Under the pieces are notes generated by a model, which was given only the letters and a program-made list of their open reading frames with translations, was not told where the DNA came from and made no database searches. Position numbers and translations under genes: made by a program. Shown in pieces: positions 20,280 through 29,453 of a stretch of DNA of 39,162 nucleotides; the first letter of the stretch is position 1, and each line of letters starts with the position of its first letter. The stretch comes from a virus (taxonomy: Duplodnaviria > Heunggongvirae > Uroviricota > Caudoviricetes): the IMG/VR virus record IMGVR_UViG_2541047691_000016; one strand, given 5' to 3'.

Positions 20280-21695
20280 TCAACCTACACCACAAGGAAT
20301 TGAGTAACTGGAATAGTCGGGTTGCGCAGCCGACTCCGGGCAATGCATACACATCATCAGCGCATCAGCCAGGTTAGGAGATGGGATACCGAGCTTCTGC
20401 TTCATTTCGACCTTAGTCATAAGCTCCAGTTTCCCGTTATTATTGAATTTGCGCTGAATCTGCGTCAGTTCTGCAAACAGTTTCTCCAGCATCTTCTCGC
20501 CTATCGCTTCTTTGTCGAAGCTCAGCATGTCGTCGGGGTCTGCATACTCACCGTGGACAACCGCCCGATATGTCAGATACAGCCTGTCAGCCAGCGCGTA
20601 ATAGAATTGCGCTCGCTTATTGCGGAATACATCGCCAATAGTGCGAACGTTGTCACCCTGTACGACTTCATCAGCCCATGCTCCGGCCTGATACGGAGCA
20701 TCTTCATCGAATGGCGATTCGCTGCCCTTGAACATCGTGGCGGTAATTTTCTTGCCGGAGAATGCTTCCGTTGTCTGTCTGCGTAGCCCTGCACCGACAC
20801 CATCGCCATCCCACAGGTAATGGTCAGCGCCGTCTTCAATCGCCAGCGAAGTAGCCCAGTCAGCACCCTCGTTGATGTCCATCAGCAGACCTTCGGCAAT
20901 GCGCTTAACTACCGAACCGTGACGCGATGCATAACCTTTAGCATCTGGCCCTGTATCTGATGGGTCATGCGCAGAGACAACCGCGCCTTTCGCTTTCCAT
21001 CCGAGTTTCTTGTGCGCATCGGTTGCGGCTTCAAGCCATTCACGTTTGATGATTGCCATATCACTTGCGCTTACTGGCTCACCAAGCCAGATGTGACGAT
21101 ACAGTGTCGGGTTTCTGCGTTTACACTCTTCCATCTCCAGACGGAGAACTTCAGGAAAGTGCGGGTTGTCGGTGTAGTTCACCGTCAGCAGACAAATATC
21201 ATCGGGAGGGTTTACTACGAATCGCTGATAGGTATCGTCGAGGATGTTTTTCGGGTTGAAGCTCACCCATATTTCGGAAAATGGCTTGCGGATGGTTGGT
21301 ATCAGGATATCCCATGATTCCTTCGTTACCGCTTCCGCTTCCTCCACCCAGCAGATATCAATGCCTTCGAGCGATTTAATCTTCGTCGGGTTGTTTTTGA
21401 TGCCGTAGAACATGAACTCAGCATTCGTCCCGAGATGACGAATCATGGAACGCTGAATTTCAAACTCAGCCGTATACCCTTCACGCTCTATGGTGTCTTC
21501 AAGCAGCCGGATTACCGAATCGCTGATACTGTTTTGCAGTTCACGAGCGCAGAGAATACGCACTGGCTGCCGACGCGCCGCTTCAACAAGCAGTCTCGCA
21601 ATTGCCCATGATTTACCGCTACCTCGACCGCCTTTGGCGACTTTGTAGCGATGCGCCTCAATGAACGGTTCAAAGATAGGATTAATCGAGGTCAT
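20280..21695 (-). CDS. Terminase large subunit
   Basis: Walker A motif KGGRGSGKS near the N-terminus; 471 aa; follows the small subunit. Confidence 0.9.
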   Translation of the reverse strand: MTSINPIFEPFIEAHRYKVAKGGRGSGKSWAIARLLVEAARRQPVRILCARELQNSISDSVIRLLEDTIEREGYTAEFEIQRSMIRHLGTNAEFMFYGIKNNPTKIKSLEGIDICWVEEAEAVTKESWDILIPTIRKPFSEIWVSFNPKNILDDTYQRFVVNPPDDICLLTVNYTDNPHFPEVLRLEMEECKRRNPTLYRHIWLGEPVSASDMAIIKREWLEAATDAHKKLGWKAKGAVVSAHDPSDTGPDAKGYASRHGSVVKRIAEGLLMDINEGADWATSLAIEDGADHYLWDGDGVGAGLRRQTTEAFSGKKITATMFKGSESPFDEDAPYQAGAWADEVVQGDNVRTIGDVFRNKRAQFYYALADRLYLTYRAVVHGEYADPDDMLSFDKEAIGEKMLEKLFAELTQIQRKFNNNGKLELMTKVEMKQKLGIPSPNLADALMMCMHCPESAAQPDYSSYSIPCGVG

Positions 21696-22132
21696 TTTCC
21701 GAATAGAGTACTCATCGGTGATGTTTCAATCTGGATTGCGCCGCCGTCTTTGCCTGTTAGCTCGTGATCAACCTTGTCGCGCCATTTATCCTTCTGTCGG
21801 TTCTTAAGCCAGAAGATGGCAGCTGTTGTATCAGGCGGGTAATACTTCTCAAGAGGAGTTTCGACAATTCTGTTTTCAATAACACGAATATCGATGTCTG
21901 GAGCCACGAAGCCCATAGCGCGTTGATAAAGACGGTCACTAACTTCTGCATCAGCGACGGCCTTACCCTTTTTTATGGACTCCGAAAACTCAGGATAATC
22001 AAGCTTCCACTTGTTAATAGTTGACTCACTGACTTCGAAGAAATCAGCAAGCTCTGCATCGGTGTAGCCCAGCAAGCACAGTTTGCGTGCCTGTTCGGCA
22101 TACGCCTCTTGATACTTTGTTGGGCGCGCCAT
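21692..22132 (-). CDS. Terminase small subunit
   Basis: 146 aa with N-terminal HTH (LGYTDAELADFFEVSESTINKW); start of the morphogenetic operon. Confidence 0.8.
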   Translation of the reverse strand: MARPTKYQEAYAEQARKLCLLGYTDAELADFFEVSESTINKWKLDYPEFSESIKKGKAVADAEVSDRLYQRAMGFVAPDIDIRVIENRIVETPLEKYYPPDTTAAIFWLKNRQKDKWRDKVDHELTGKDGGAIQIETSPMSTLFGK

Positions 22133-22134
22133 GT

Positions 22135-22377
22135 TTATGCTCCGGTGGTGAACAGGTCTAACGCTTCCTTCGATTTACGCACCGCTTCGATAGTGCGGGT
22201 CGTGATATCTGAATTAGCGCCGCCTGACTGGAAGTGAATTTTGAATAGCTCAAGCTTCAGTTCGTCAGTGCCAATGAACTGAAATGCTTCCTCTGCGGCT
22301 GCGTTCTGGTTCATGACCAGCTTGTAAATCTCTAACTGGAATTTCTGTTCTTCAGTCATGGGAATAATCTCTGCCAT
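22135..22377 (-). CDS. Hypothetical small acidic protein (80 aa)
   Basis: ORF coupled upstream of the terminase small subunit. Confidence 0.5.
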   Translation of the reverse strand: MAEIIPMTEEQKFQLEIYKLVMNQNAAAEEAFQFIGTDELKLELFKIHFQSGGANSDITTRTIEAVRKSKEALDLFTTGA

Positions 22378-22604
22378 TGTTGGCTCCGTTTATCCGTTAA
22401 AAGGGATATCAGTTAAGTTATCCCGTGTAGGGTATAAGCCATTGTCGAGACCACTCATTGAATGGTCTCTGCAATAACCGATGTCTTTCCATCAGTCCGC
22501 CACCACAAAGAATCTTTTTTGCCATAAGGCAGGAGGTTCATCTTTCAGTGGCTGCCAGTGTTATTTCCCCACTTTCTGGCTTGGGTTGTTTCGCTGTACT
22601 GCCG

Positions 22605-23147
22605 TTAATTGGTGAGTCCGGGGATTACGGTTTGCCCGTGCTGTTCAAGGCGTTCAATTCTCGCCAGTAGCTGAGGCTTCTTAATTTTTCCCCAGCGATT
22701 AAGCAGGCGGCCTGACATGCTGGCAACATCCTTCTCTTTCATGTACTCCAGCATTACGGCATTTCTCTCTTCTTCAAATTGACGATGACCAACCTGAAGC
22801 ATGGCGTACATCCAGTTGAATGCGTTGATGTAAGCAATTTTGATACGCATTGCTTCTTTTTTGGTGTAGGACATAACCAAAAGCATCAACCCATCCTTGC
22901 GGAGACGGTAGAATTTTTGCGGCTTACCATTCTGTAACTCATTGTTTTTATAGCAAAGCTCAAAGTTGAGCTTTGTATCAAACTCAGGAGGGCAAGCTTC
23001 TATGGTTCGTTCAATGTCACGAACCACGTTCTTCGGCAGCTTTCCAAATGCTTTTGCCACCATAAAAGAATCTGTAACCGGATCGTTGTTTGCTACAAAA
23101 ATTAGGTCTCTGAAATCTATATCGTTAACAACGGTTGGGTAGTTCAT
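22605..23147 (-). CDS. Rha-family phage regulatory protein
   Basis: MNYPTVVNDIDFRDLIFVANNDPVTDSFMVAKAFGK is typical of the Rha N-domain; the ORF-track start at 23216 is an extension. Confidence 0.7.
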   Translation of the reverse strand: MNYPTVVNDIDFRDLIFVANNDPVTDSFMVAKAFGKLPKNVVRDIERTIEACPPEFDTKLNFELCYKNNELQNGKPQKFYRLRKDGLMLLVMSYTKKEAMRIKIAYINAFNWMYAMLQVGHRQFEEERNAVMLEYMKEKDVASMSGRLLNRWGKIKKPQLLARIERLEQHGQTVIPGLTN

Positions 23148-23492
23148 TGCGTCTTTACCTTTTAGAAAGATGAGCCTGTTCGCACAGAAAAGCCGCCCCG
23201 AGATGGTCGCCACCATATACGGCAGTTCTCAGGCTCAGCTTTCTGAAAGACTCGGGATTGTTACGCGCTGCGATGCGCGGTTTACTGCAGATATAAAAAA
23301 GCCCCGCGAATGCGAGGCTAAATCCTGGTATTTGTAATGACTGGCTCTTATCTCAACGCAGCCCCTTACCGCGCGCCAGATGCTCAATATCAAGCATCAG
23401 CAATGAGATGTTTAATCTGGATTCACTCCAGAAGTGATCACCACCCTGTCTACAGAGCCAGATGTGAAGGATGATGAGTAAAATTATCGCTA

Positions 23493-23930
23493 TCATCGAA
23501 GGCATTGCGTCCTGATGTACTCCTGCAGGTAGTTAACCTGCGCGGTTATCCTGTCGATTCCACTTCGGAGACGGTAATAATTGAGTTCAGCATCTGCTGT
23601 AAGTCTTGGGTTTTCTCCATCGCCCATGCTGCTGGCTCCGGTCGTTGACTTTGCACAGGTGGCGGCGACTTGCAGGCGCTTACGCCCAGCAGAAACATCA
23701 GCACGGAGACTTTCGATAGTCGCGTTAGCATCAGCAAGCTCCTTTGTGTATCTTGCGTCGAGTTCTGCTACATCACGTTGACGCTTCCGCATATCAGCGA
23801 TGATGGATGTGGCTTTATCGCGCTGCTCTTTGTAGGCGATTGCATTATCACGGTAATGATTAACAGCCCATGACAGGCAGACGATGATGCAAATAATCAG
23901 AGCGGAGATAATCGCGGTGACTCTGCTCAT
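23493..23930 (-). CDS. Rz: i-spanin Rz
   Basis: N-terminal TM segment plus coiled-coil; follows the endolysin; contains Rz1 in the +1 frame. Confidence 0.85.
   Translation of the reverse strand: MSRVTAIISALIICIIVCLSWAVNHYRDNAIAYKEQRDKATSIIADMRKRQRDVAELDARYTKELADANATIESLRADVSAGRKRLQVAATCAKSTTGASSMGDGENPRLTADAELNYYRLRSGIDRITAQVNYLQEYIRTQCLR
23546..23737 (-). CDS. Rz1: o-spanin Rz1 (outer-membrane lipoprotein embedded in Rz)
   Basis: Lipobox LLGVSAC followed by a proline-rich segment ([13 protein letters not shown]); fully embedded in Rz. Confidence 0.8.
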   Translation of the reverse strand: MLMLTRLSKVSVLMFLLGVSACKSPPPVQSQRPEPAAWAMEKTQDLQQMLNSIITVSEVESTG

Positions 23931-24403
23931 ACCTCAATCTCTCTGACCGTTCCGCCAGCCTCTTTGAATTTTGCAATCAGGTTGTCAGCCTTATGCTCGA
24001 ACTGACCATAACCAGCGCCCGGCAGTGAAGCCCAGATATTGCTGCAACGGTCGATTGCCTGACGAATATCACCGCGGTCAATCATCGGTAAAGCGCCACG
24101 CTCTTTAATCTGCTGCAATGCCACAGCGTCCTGACTTTTCGGAGAGAAGTCTTTCAGACCAAGCTGCTTACGGTAGGCATCCCACCAACGGGAAAGAAGC
24201 TGGTAGCGTCCGGCGGCTGTTGATTTGAGTTTTGGGTTTAGCGTGACAAGCTTGCGAGGGTGATCGGAGTAATCAGTAAATAGCTCTCCGCCTACAATGA
24301 CGTCATAACCATGATTTCTGGTTTTCTGCCGTCCGTTATCAGTTCCCTCTGACCACGCCAGCATATCGAGGAACGCCTTACGTTGATTATTGATTTCCAC
24401 CAT
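23927..24403 (-). CDS. R: Endolysin, lambda R-type lytic transglycosylase
   Basis: [42 protein letters not shown]... near-identical to lambda R as recalled. Confidence 0.93.
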   Translation of the reverse strand: MVEINNQRKAFLDMLAWSEGTDNGRQKTRNHGYDVIVGGELFTDYSDHPRKLVTLNPKLKSTAAGRYQLLSRWWDAYRKQLGLKDFSPKSQDAVALQQIKERGALPMIDRGDIRQAIDRCSNIWASLPGAGYGQFEHKADNLIAKFKEAGGTVREIEV

Positions 24404-24710
24404 CTTCTACTCCGGCTTTTTTAGCAGCGAAGCGTTTGATAAGCGAACCAATCGAGTCAGTACCGATGTAGCCGATGAACACGCTCGTTATATAAGCGAG
24501 ATTGCTACTTAGTCCGGCGAAGTCGAGAAGGTCACGAATGAACCAGGCGATAATGGCGCACATCGTTGCGTCGATTACTGTTTTTGTAAACGCACCGCCA
24601 TTATATCTGCCGCGAAGGTACGCCATTGCAAACGCAAGGATTGCCCCGATGCCTTGTTCCTTTGCCGCGAGAATGGCGGCTAACAGGTCATGTTTTTCTG
24701 GCATCTTCAT
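24387..24710 (-). CDS. S: Holin, lambda S-type (S107/S105 dual start)
   Basis: [39 protein letters not shown]... near-identical to lambda S as recalled. Confidence 0.93.
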   Translation of the reverse strand: MKMPEKHDLLAAILAAKEQGIGAILAFAMAYLRGRYNGGAFTKTVIDATMCAIIAWFIRDLLDFAGLSSNLAYITSVFIGYIGTDSIGSLIKRFAAKKAGVEDGGNQ

Positions 24711-25244
24711 GTCTTACCCCCAATAAGGGGATTTGCTCTATTTAATTAGGAATAAGGTCGATTACTGATAGAACAAATCCAGGCTACTGTGTTTAGTAAT
24801 CAGATTTGTTCGTGACCGATATGCACGGGCAAAACGGCATGAGGTTGTTAGCGCAACCTCATGCCACCCGCTTTCACGAAGGTCATGTGTAGAAGGCCGC
24901 AGCATAACTATCACTGATGAATTCAGGATAGCCAGTGGCTACGGCTCAGGTTGGGTTGTGGCGGTCGGTGCTGAACTCCGACTTAATGACGATAGGCGTG
25001 TACCGACGCCTCGTTTTACTTCCTCCGCTTTCACGGCTTCACCCTAGACCAGCTTTACGAAATCCTCGTAAACCTAACCGCGGCAGATATGACCGGCACG
25101 GTGTGCCATATCACGGACCGGCGGGTGTCTCGTTCACCTGATTAACGCATCAGCCTGCGTATTCACCACAACGATAAGAGTACTGCGCGGCACCTTTCAC
25201 CAATTCCGCGAGGTCTGCGGGTTCAATGCTCTTACCTGTTGTGC

Positions 25245-25289
25245 AAACAAAAAAGCCACCGTTGCAACTTAAGAGTCACTAACGGCAGC
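25245..25289 (-). terminator. tR'-like intrinsic terminator of the short late leader transcript
   Basis: Minus strand: GCUGCCGUU...AACGGUGGC hairpin followed by UUUUUUGUUU. Confidence 0.6.
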
Positions 25290-25299
25290 TTACCTTCTA

Positions 25300-25329
25300 A
25301 TTATGGCTAAATGGATAATTGCATGTCAA
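25300..25329 (-). promoter_or_regulatory. Late promoter pR' (-35 TTGACA, 18-bp spacer, -10 CATAAT), overlapping the Q stop codon
   Basis: Near-consensus hexamers on the minus strand between Q and the lysis cassette. Confidence 0.5.
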
Positions 25330-25825
25330 GGTTTTTAACAGCAACATGCTTAACTTTCTCAACACGTTTACGCATTTTGAAAGCATTTTGCATTGGCTGG
25401 TATAAAACAAATAATGACGCTTTCAGGATGTCGTCAATTTCGTTTCTACAGGTTGCCAGTGAAGGTTTTCTCCATCCCTCGCCACCACGTCCACACATCT
25501 TGCGTGGCTTTGCAGTCGCGTGATAGTAGGATGCAATTGCTCGCTTAGATGAACCATGAGCGTAGTAGCTGAGGAGGATGCCAAAGGCTTTCTTGTCAAT
25601 GTACATGACGGAATCAACGACCTGAGAAATCAACATTCCATCATCATCATTACACATTGGCCTTGTCATAATTCTTCCCGGCTCTACGCTCTCCATGAAC
25701 TTCGCTATTACGCTGCTCATGCGCTTTTCCAGACGACCTGAATAAACCCATGCGCCCCACAGTTCAAGCCAGCCATTCAGCCACTCGTGCTGCTCTTTGG
25801 TGAGGTTTAGTTCTCTTATGCTCAT
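25307..25825 (-). CDS. Q: Late-gene antiterminator Q (Phage_antitermQ / QuuD-like type, not lambda Q)
   Basis: ELWGAWV and CNDDDGML motifs resemble QuuD-type Q (ERWGAW, CCDDD); sits directly upstream of pR'/tR' and the holin. Confidence 0.7.
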   Translation of the reverse strand: MSIRELNLTKEQHEWLNGWLELWGAWVYSGRLEKRMSSVIAKFMESVEPGRIMTRPMCNDDDGMLISQVVDSVMYIDKKAFGILLSYYAHGSSKRAIASYYHATAKPRKMCGRGGEGWRKPSLATCRNEIDDILKASLFVLYQPMQNAFKMRKRVEKVKHVAVKNLDMQLSI

Positions 25826-26010
25826 CGTCTTCCCCTCTTGCCTTGTTTGACCATCAGGACGCCGTTAACTATTACGTGACGCTCGCCTTTGCTGTCTCGG
25901 TTGTACTTGAGCACTGTTCCTCTTGCGCAGGAAAGCATCCTCGCCACTTCGGTCTGATTGCCTCGTGTCTGGATAAGAAGCTCTGGTATCGTTTGAATTG
26001 TGGCGTTCAT
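25822..26010 (-). CDS. ninH: NinH-like DNA-binding protein
   Basis: TIPELLIQTRGNQTEVARMLSCARGTVLKY...VNGVLMV resembles lambda NinH. Confidence 0.8.
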   Translation of the reverse strand: MNATIQTIPELLIQTRGNQTEVARMLSCARGTVLKYNRDSKGERHVIVNGVLMVKQGKRGRR

Positions 26011-26369
26011 GCGTTCTCCAGTTCGGTGATTTTTATTCCAAGCCTTCCGCCTGGTACTTTCACACCACGAATTACGCGAATGTCATCGAATTGCTCGTCG
26101 TCTTCCGCAAATCCGGCGTGGATAAGGGAGTCGAGTAAACCTTTCAGGATGTTGTCGAGGTCGCGGCGGCGGGAGTCTGGAACGTCTGCGATGACTTTGA
26201 TACGGAGTCGTGATTTGGTGAAAATGTCTAACTTGAGTTGGCGGATGATTTGCTGAACGTCTTTTCGGTATTTCTGGCCTTTATCGCTTATGTAATATTG
26301 GCTTCCCCGTCTTCGCCAGTAGGTATTCACCGACGGCGGGTATGGAAGCACAAACTGATATTCGTTCAT
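26007..26369 (-). CDS. rusA: Holliday junction resolvase RusA
   Basis: 120 aa; DSRRRDLDNILKGLLDSL and GGRLGIKITELE motifs resemble RusA. Confidence 0.85.
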   Translation of the reverse strand: MNEYQFVLPYPPSVNTYWRRRGSQYYISDKGQKYRKDVQQIIRQLKLDIFTKSRLRIKVIADVPDSRRRDLDNILKGLLDSLIHAGFAEDDEQFDDIRVIRGVKVPGGRLGIKITELENA

Positions 26370-26656
26370 GACTTAATCTTCCCCTCCCTCAGCAGTATCG
26401 CCTGCGTTCTGATCACGCCTTCGAGGTGGTAAAGTCTGGCGTCTTTGTTGTCGAGATTATGGGTGCGTCGGTCGATTTCATCGTGACACGCACTACAAGC
26501 CCATGCACCGATCAGGTCGTCAGGCTTCATTCCCGTTCCGCAAATTCCAGCCATCCGGTAATGTGCCAGAACTGTAGTTTCAGGGTTGCCATTGCATACG
26601 CCGTAAATACGTACCTGACATTCTCTTCCGCGCGCTTCTTTGCGTAGGTTAGCCAT
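26366..26656 (-). CDS. DUF1364 (YbcO-like) Cys-rich putative nuclease
   Basis: RGRECQVRIYGVCNGNPETTVLAHYR...CSACHDEIDRRTH resembles DLP12 YbcO. Confidence 0.75.
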   Translation of the reverse strand: MANLRKEARGRECQVRIYGVCNGNPETTVLAHYRMAGICGTGMKPDDLIGAWACSACHDEIDRRTHNLDNKDARLYHLEGVIRTQAILLREGKIKS

Positions 26657-27378
26657 TAAGCAGCCTCCCCTGTTACTTTCAGCATTCCGTTATCGAGCAG
26701 CTTTCTGGTCAGCCACTGTTGACCACGCCCGGTGATTTTTGTGGTGAACGATATCTGTATTCCGTGATTTGTGTTGACCGCTGTTTCTTTCACTGTGAAA
26801 TAGCCGCGATCCATATATTCCTGCATTGGCACATTGCGCCGGGAACCTGAAGCAATAAGGATTTTGTGATCACGCATCCACGCAAACAGTTTGTTTTGAC
26901 CAATACCAACAACCTTTGCAAAGTTTCCAATCAAAATTCCGCTGGCCTCGCCAACGCGATCGGCAAACTCAACTTTAGGTGCGACAATTGCGAGCTGGTT
27001 TTCCAGTTGCATTTTCTGCTCAGCAAGATCGGCAGCAAGGCGCAACGCTTCCGGTAGCGTTTTGGGGATATTAACCGCAGCTTCTTCAAGCTCTCGCCAG
27101 CGGTCAACAAGGCGAGCGGTGAACTCTGGCGACAACTGGGCAACAACGACAATACTGTCTCGCTTACCTTGTTCGCCCTCGAAGACGTAATGCTCGTACT
27201 GAACATTGAACCCTAAGTTATTGATTCTTTCGGAAACCTCAATTTGAGGAAGCCGGATAACACCATTTTTAGCCAGCGTTTCGATGGTACGTTTCACATT
27301 GTCATGACGCTTACCAACCAACTCAGCAATTTCAATGCTTGTCATTTTGATGGCATTGCCATTCATTAACTCATTCAT
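26656..27378 (-). CDS. Rha/KilA-C domain phage regulatory (antirepressor-like) protein
   Basis: N-terminal SIEIAELVGKRHDNVKRTIETL (Rha-like HTH) with a C-terminal KilA-C-like region. Confidence 0.65.
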   Translation of the reverse strand: MNELMNGNAIKMTSIEIAELVGKRHDNVKRTIETLAKNGVIRLPQIEVSERINNLGFNVQYEHYVFEGEQGKRDSIVVVAQLSPEFTARLVDRWRELEEAAVNIPKTLPEALRLAADLAEQKMQLENQLAIVAPKVEFADRVGEASGILIGNFAKVVGIGQNKLFAWMRDHKILIASGSRRNVPMQEYMDRGYFTVKETAVNTNHGIQISFTTKITGRGQQWLTRKLLDNGMLKVTGEAA

Positions 27379-27547
27379 CGTCTTCTTCCTCGTACATTGA
27401 GCTATTCGGATCGCTCATCAGTTCTGCGCAGCAATCGGAGCACACGTGAACTTCAAGCACATGCAGCTTCTGACCGCAGTTAGCGCACGTTAATGCCCGC
27501 TCGACGCTTTCTTTCTGGTATTGAAGGGATTGGGATGGGCTAAGCAT
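27371..27547 (-). CDS. ninF: NinF-like zinc-finger protein (58 aa); absent from the supplied ORF track, which reports only ORFs of 60 aa or longer
   Basis: Hand translation: [58 protein letters not shown]; overlaps neighbouring genes at both ends. Confidence 0.7.
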   Translation of the reverse strand: MLSPSQSLQYQKESVERALTCANCGQKLHVLEVHVCSDCCAELMSDPNSSMYEEEDDE

Positions 27548-27965
27548 TATTGGCGTCCTGCATCATGAGAAATACAATCATGGCGGCGCGGAGTGGAGAT
27601 TCACCGCAGAAGTAGTAGCCAGGAATATTTTCCCATTCCCAACAACCTTCCTCTAAATCACCTCCTGACCATGCGCACCATTCTTTTTCCGCTGTCATCC
27701 ACATAGTGCTGATTTTGCTTTCAGTGATAATTGGCCACGCGTATTCAGGATTATTGCAAGGATTGAAGCAATTTCCGTTTGAAGAACGGAAGCCATTAAT
27801 ATCCCTTTTTTGCGTCTGCCAAATAGGACCTCTTTCGTCAGTGGGGATCTCAGAATCGAAGTCTGCTTCGTCATCAGGTATGAAGAAATGCTCCTCCATA
27901 TCTAAAGCCTCACATACTCGTCTGTTAATTTCAAAATCACTTAACTGTGAATAATCCATTGTCAT
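27540..27965 (-). CDS. Hypothetical nin-region protein (141 aa from the ATG at 27965)
   Basis: ATG overlaps the ninE stop (ATGA); Trp- and Cys-rich; no confident family. Confidence 0.55.
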   Translation of the reverse strand: MTMDYSQLSDFEINRRVCEALDMEEHFFIPDDEADFDSEIPTDERGPIWQTQKRDINGFRSSNGNCFNPCNNPEYAWPIITESKISTMWMTAEKEWCAWSGGDLEEGCWEWENIPGYYFCGESPLRAAMIVFLMMQDANNA

Positions 27966-28138
27966 TTCCTCGCACGATGTCTTAGCAACCGGATATCCCA
28001 CAGGTGAGCCGTGTAGTTGAAGGTTTTTACGTCAGATTCTTTTGGGATTGGCTTGCGTTTATTTCTGGTGCGTTTCGTTGGAAGGTATTTGCAGTTTTCG
28101 CAGATGATGTCGGTGATACTTCGTCGCTGTCGCCTCAT
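27962..28138 (-). CDS. ninE: NinE
   Basis: [50 protein letters not shown] resembles lambda NinE; ATG at 28138 overlaps the ninB stop. Confidence 0.85.
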   Translation of the reverse strand: MRRQRRSITDIICENCKYLPTKRTRNKRKPIPKESDVKTFNYTAHLWDIRLLRHRARK

Positions 28139-28545
28139 TCGTACCTCCTGTCGGTAAATCTGACACCCTGACCAATAGCCCATGCTGTTGTGTACTCGAT
28201 CAGACTTGCCATACGCTTCACACTCATCTGCGCGCTGCTTTCGCGAATGTTGACGTATTCGCCTTCAAGCCCGGGCAAAACATCAGCTTCCTGTTTTGTT
28301 GCCACTGCATGACCGCTGATCAACAAAACCTTCCATTGTTCTGGTTTTAACCATTTATCGCGCCACTGAACTTGCCTAGCGATATCTGCGACCATCGCGT
28401 GAAATTTTGCGTTCTGGTCAAGGTTGCGCTTGTAGTCAGTAATGCGGATGGTGACTGGCTTGTCTTTATCGAGTGGTGTTGCGAGGATGGCATTTATTGC
28501 AGCTTGCTGTTGTTGCTTAGTTCGGAGGAATATTGTTTGCTTCAC
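28135..28545 (-). CDS. ninB: NinB (Orf-family recombination mediator)
   Basis: 136 aa; NinB-like sequence and first position in the nin region. Confidence 0.8.
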   Translation of the reverse strand: MKQTIFLRTKQQQQAAINAILATPLDKDKPVTIRITDYKRNLDQNAKFHAMVADIARQVQWRDKWLKPEQWKVLLISGHAVATKQEADVLPGLEGEYVNIRESSAQMSVKRMASLIEYTTAWAIGQGVRFTDRRYE

Positions 28546-28556
28546 TGAATACTCCT

Positions 28557-28748
28557 TTATTTTTTATGCCTGTAACCCCATTCTTCCAGCAACCTTGCGG
28601 CGTACCACCCAAGAAACAAAGGAAAGAACATTACAATGAGATATTTCCCGCCACGGTCAATGTTCGAAATTGACCAGATTACGATGTAACCAGTGCAGGA
28701 CAGGAATATTACAAACCCCAAAAAGCTACTTCGTCGACTCATGCTCAC
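28557..28748 (-). CDS. Small membrane protein (63 aa, two predicted TM helices)
   Basis: Hydrophobic segments FLGFVIFLSCTGYIVIWSI and YLIVMFFPLFLGWYAA. Confidence 0.45.
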   Translation of the reverse strand: MSMSRRSSFLGFVIFLSCTGYIVIWSISNIDRGGKYLIVMFFPLFLGWYAARLLEEWGYRHKK

Positions 28749-29059
28749 TCCTTCACTTTGATTCCAGCGGCGCGGATAGCCTCTACATCGCTTTCGTATT
28801 GCGATTCTGCACCTGAGTCATAGCCAATGTGATAATCACCGGGAAGTGGGCCTTTCTTTGGCTTTTGCAGCTCAATTTCAATAGCTGCTCTCGATGCCTG
28901 CCACGTTTGCCAGTGGCCTTGAACATCGTCCATCACGTATTGACCACCAATATCACCACTGCCAATTTCATGGTGATTTTCAGGGTAACGGATAAGGTCT
29001 GAAGATTCGCCCCCCACGTCGTAACCAACTCTCTTCAAACTGGCATCTGCTTTCGTCAT
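28745..29059 (-). CDS. Hypothetical protein (104 aa), acidic and Gly-rich
   Basis: ORF with a plausible ATG; its 5' part overlaps a Cys-rich ORF in another frame. Confidence 0.45.
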   Translation of the reverse strand: MTKADASLKRVGYDVGGESSDLIRYPENHHEIGSGDIGGQYVMDDVQGHWQTWQASRAAIEIELQKPKKGPLPGDYHIGYDSGAESQYESDVEAIRAAGIKVKE

Positions 29060-29162
29060 CTTTCATAAGGCAGTCACATTCAATAAAAATCGGCTCTCCC
29101 CAAGGAGTAGAACCTCCGCTATCACACATTCCTGTGTTATTGCACTTTTGGCACTTGCTCAC
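28980..29162 (-). CDS. Putative Cys-rich zinc-ribbon small protein (60 aa), overlapping the 104-aa ORF
   Basis: CxxC...C...CxC pattern in the first 31 residues; the overlap means only one of the two readings is correct over the shared 80 nt. Confidence 0.3.
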   Translation of the reverse strand: MSKCQKCNNTGMCDSGGSTPWGEPIFIECDCLMKDDESRCQFEESWLRRGGRIFRPYPLP

Positions 29163-29174
29163 ATTAACCTCCGA

Positions 29175-29381
29175 TTAACTCACAAAACGCCACGCCACTT
29201 TTGCTACGACAACAGGCATAACACCGATAATCACCCACAGAAAAATGCTACCGAAAAGCACACCAACCAGGTCTTTACCTTCGCCTACCAACCGGACAAA
29301 ACTGCTGGCAACCACAATGAACGTCGCCACCATCCACATAGCACCGAGAATCCTCAATGCAGAAAAAATCAACTCAACCAC
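29175..29381 (-). CDS. Small membrane protein (68 aa, two TM helices)
   Basis: Almost entirely hydrophobic ORF immediately downstream of the helicase gene. Confidence 0.45.
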   Translation of the reverse strand: MVELIFSALRILGAMWMVATFIVVASSFVRLVGEGKDLVGVLFGSIFLWVIIGVMPVVVAKVAWRFVS

Positions 29382-29453
29382 GATTTACCCTCCCCCAAAT
29401 AAAAAGGCCTGCGATTACCAGCAGGCCTGTTACAAGCTCAGTGATGTAGATGG

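Noticed and set aside
22378-22604. Hairpin GAGACCA...TGGTCTC (about 22450-22472) between the small acidic gene and the Rha gene
   Set aside because: No U-run on either strand, so it is not a convincing intrinsic terminator; function unknown.
24935-25141. 68-aa plus-strand ORF between the holin and Q
   Set aside because: Falls in the late leader and qut region on the non-transcribed strand; Arg/Pro-rich and not protein-like.
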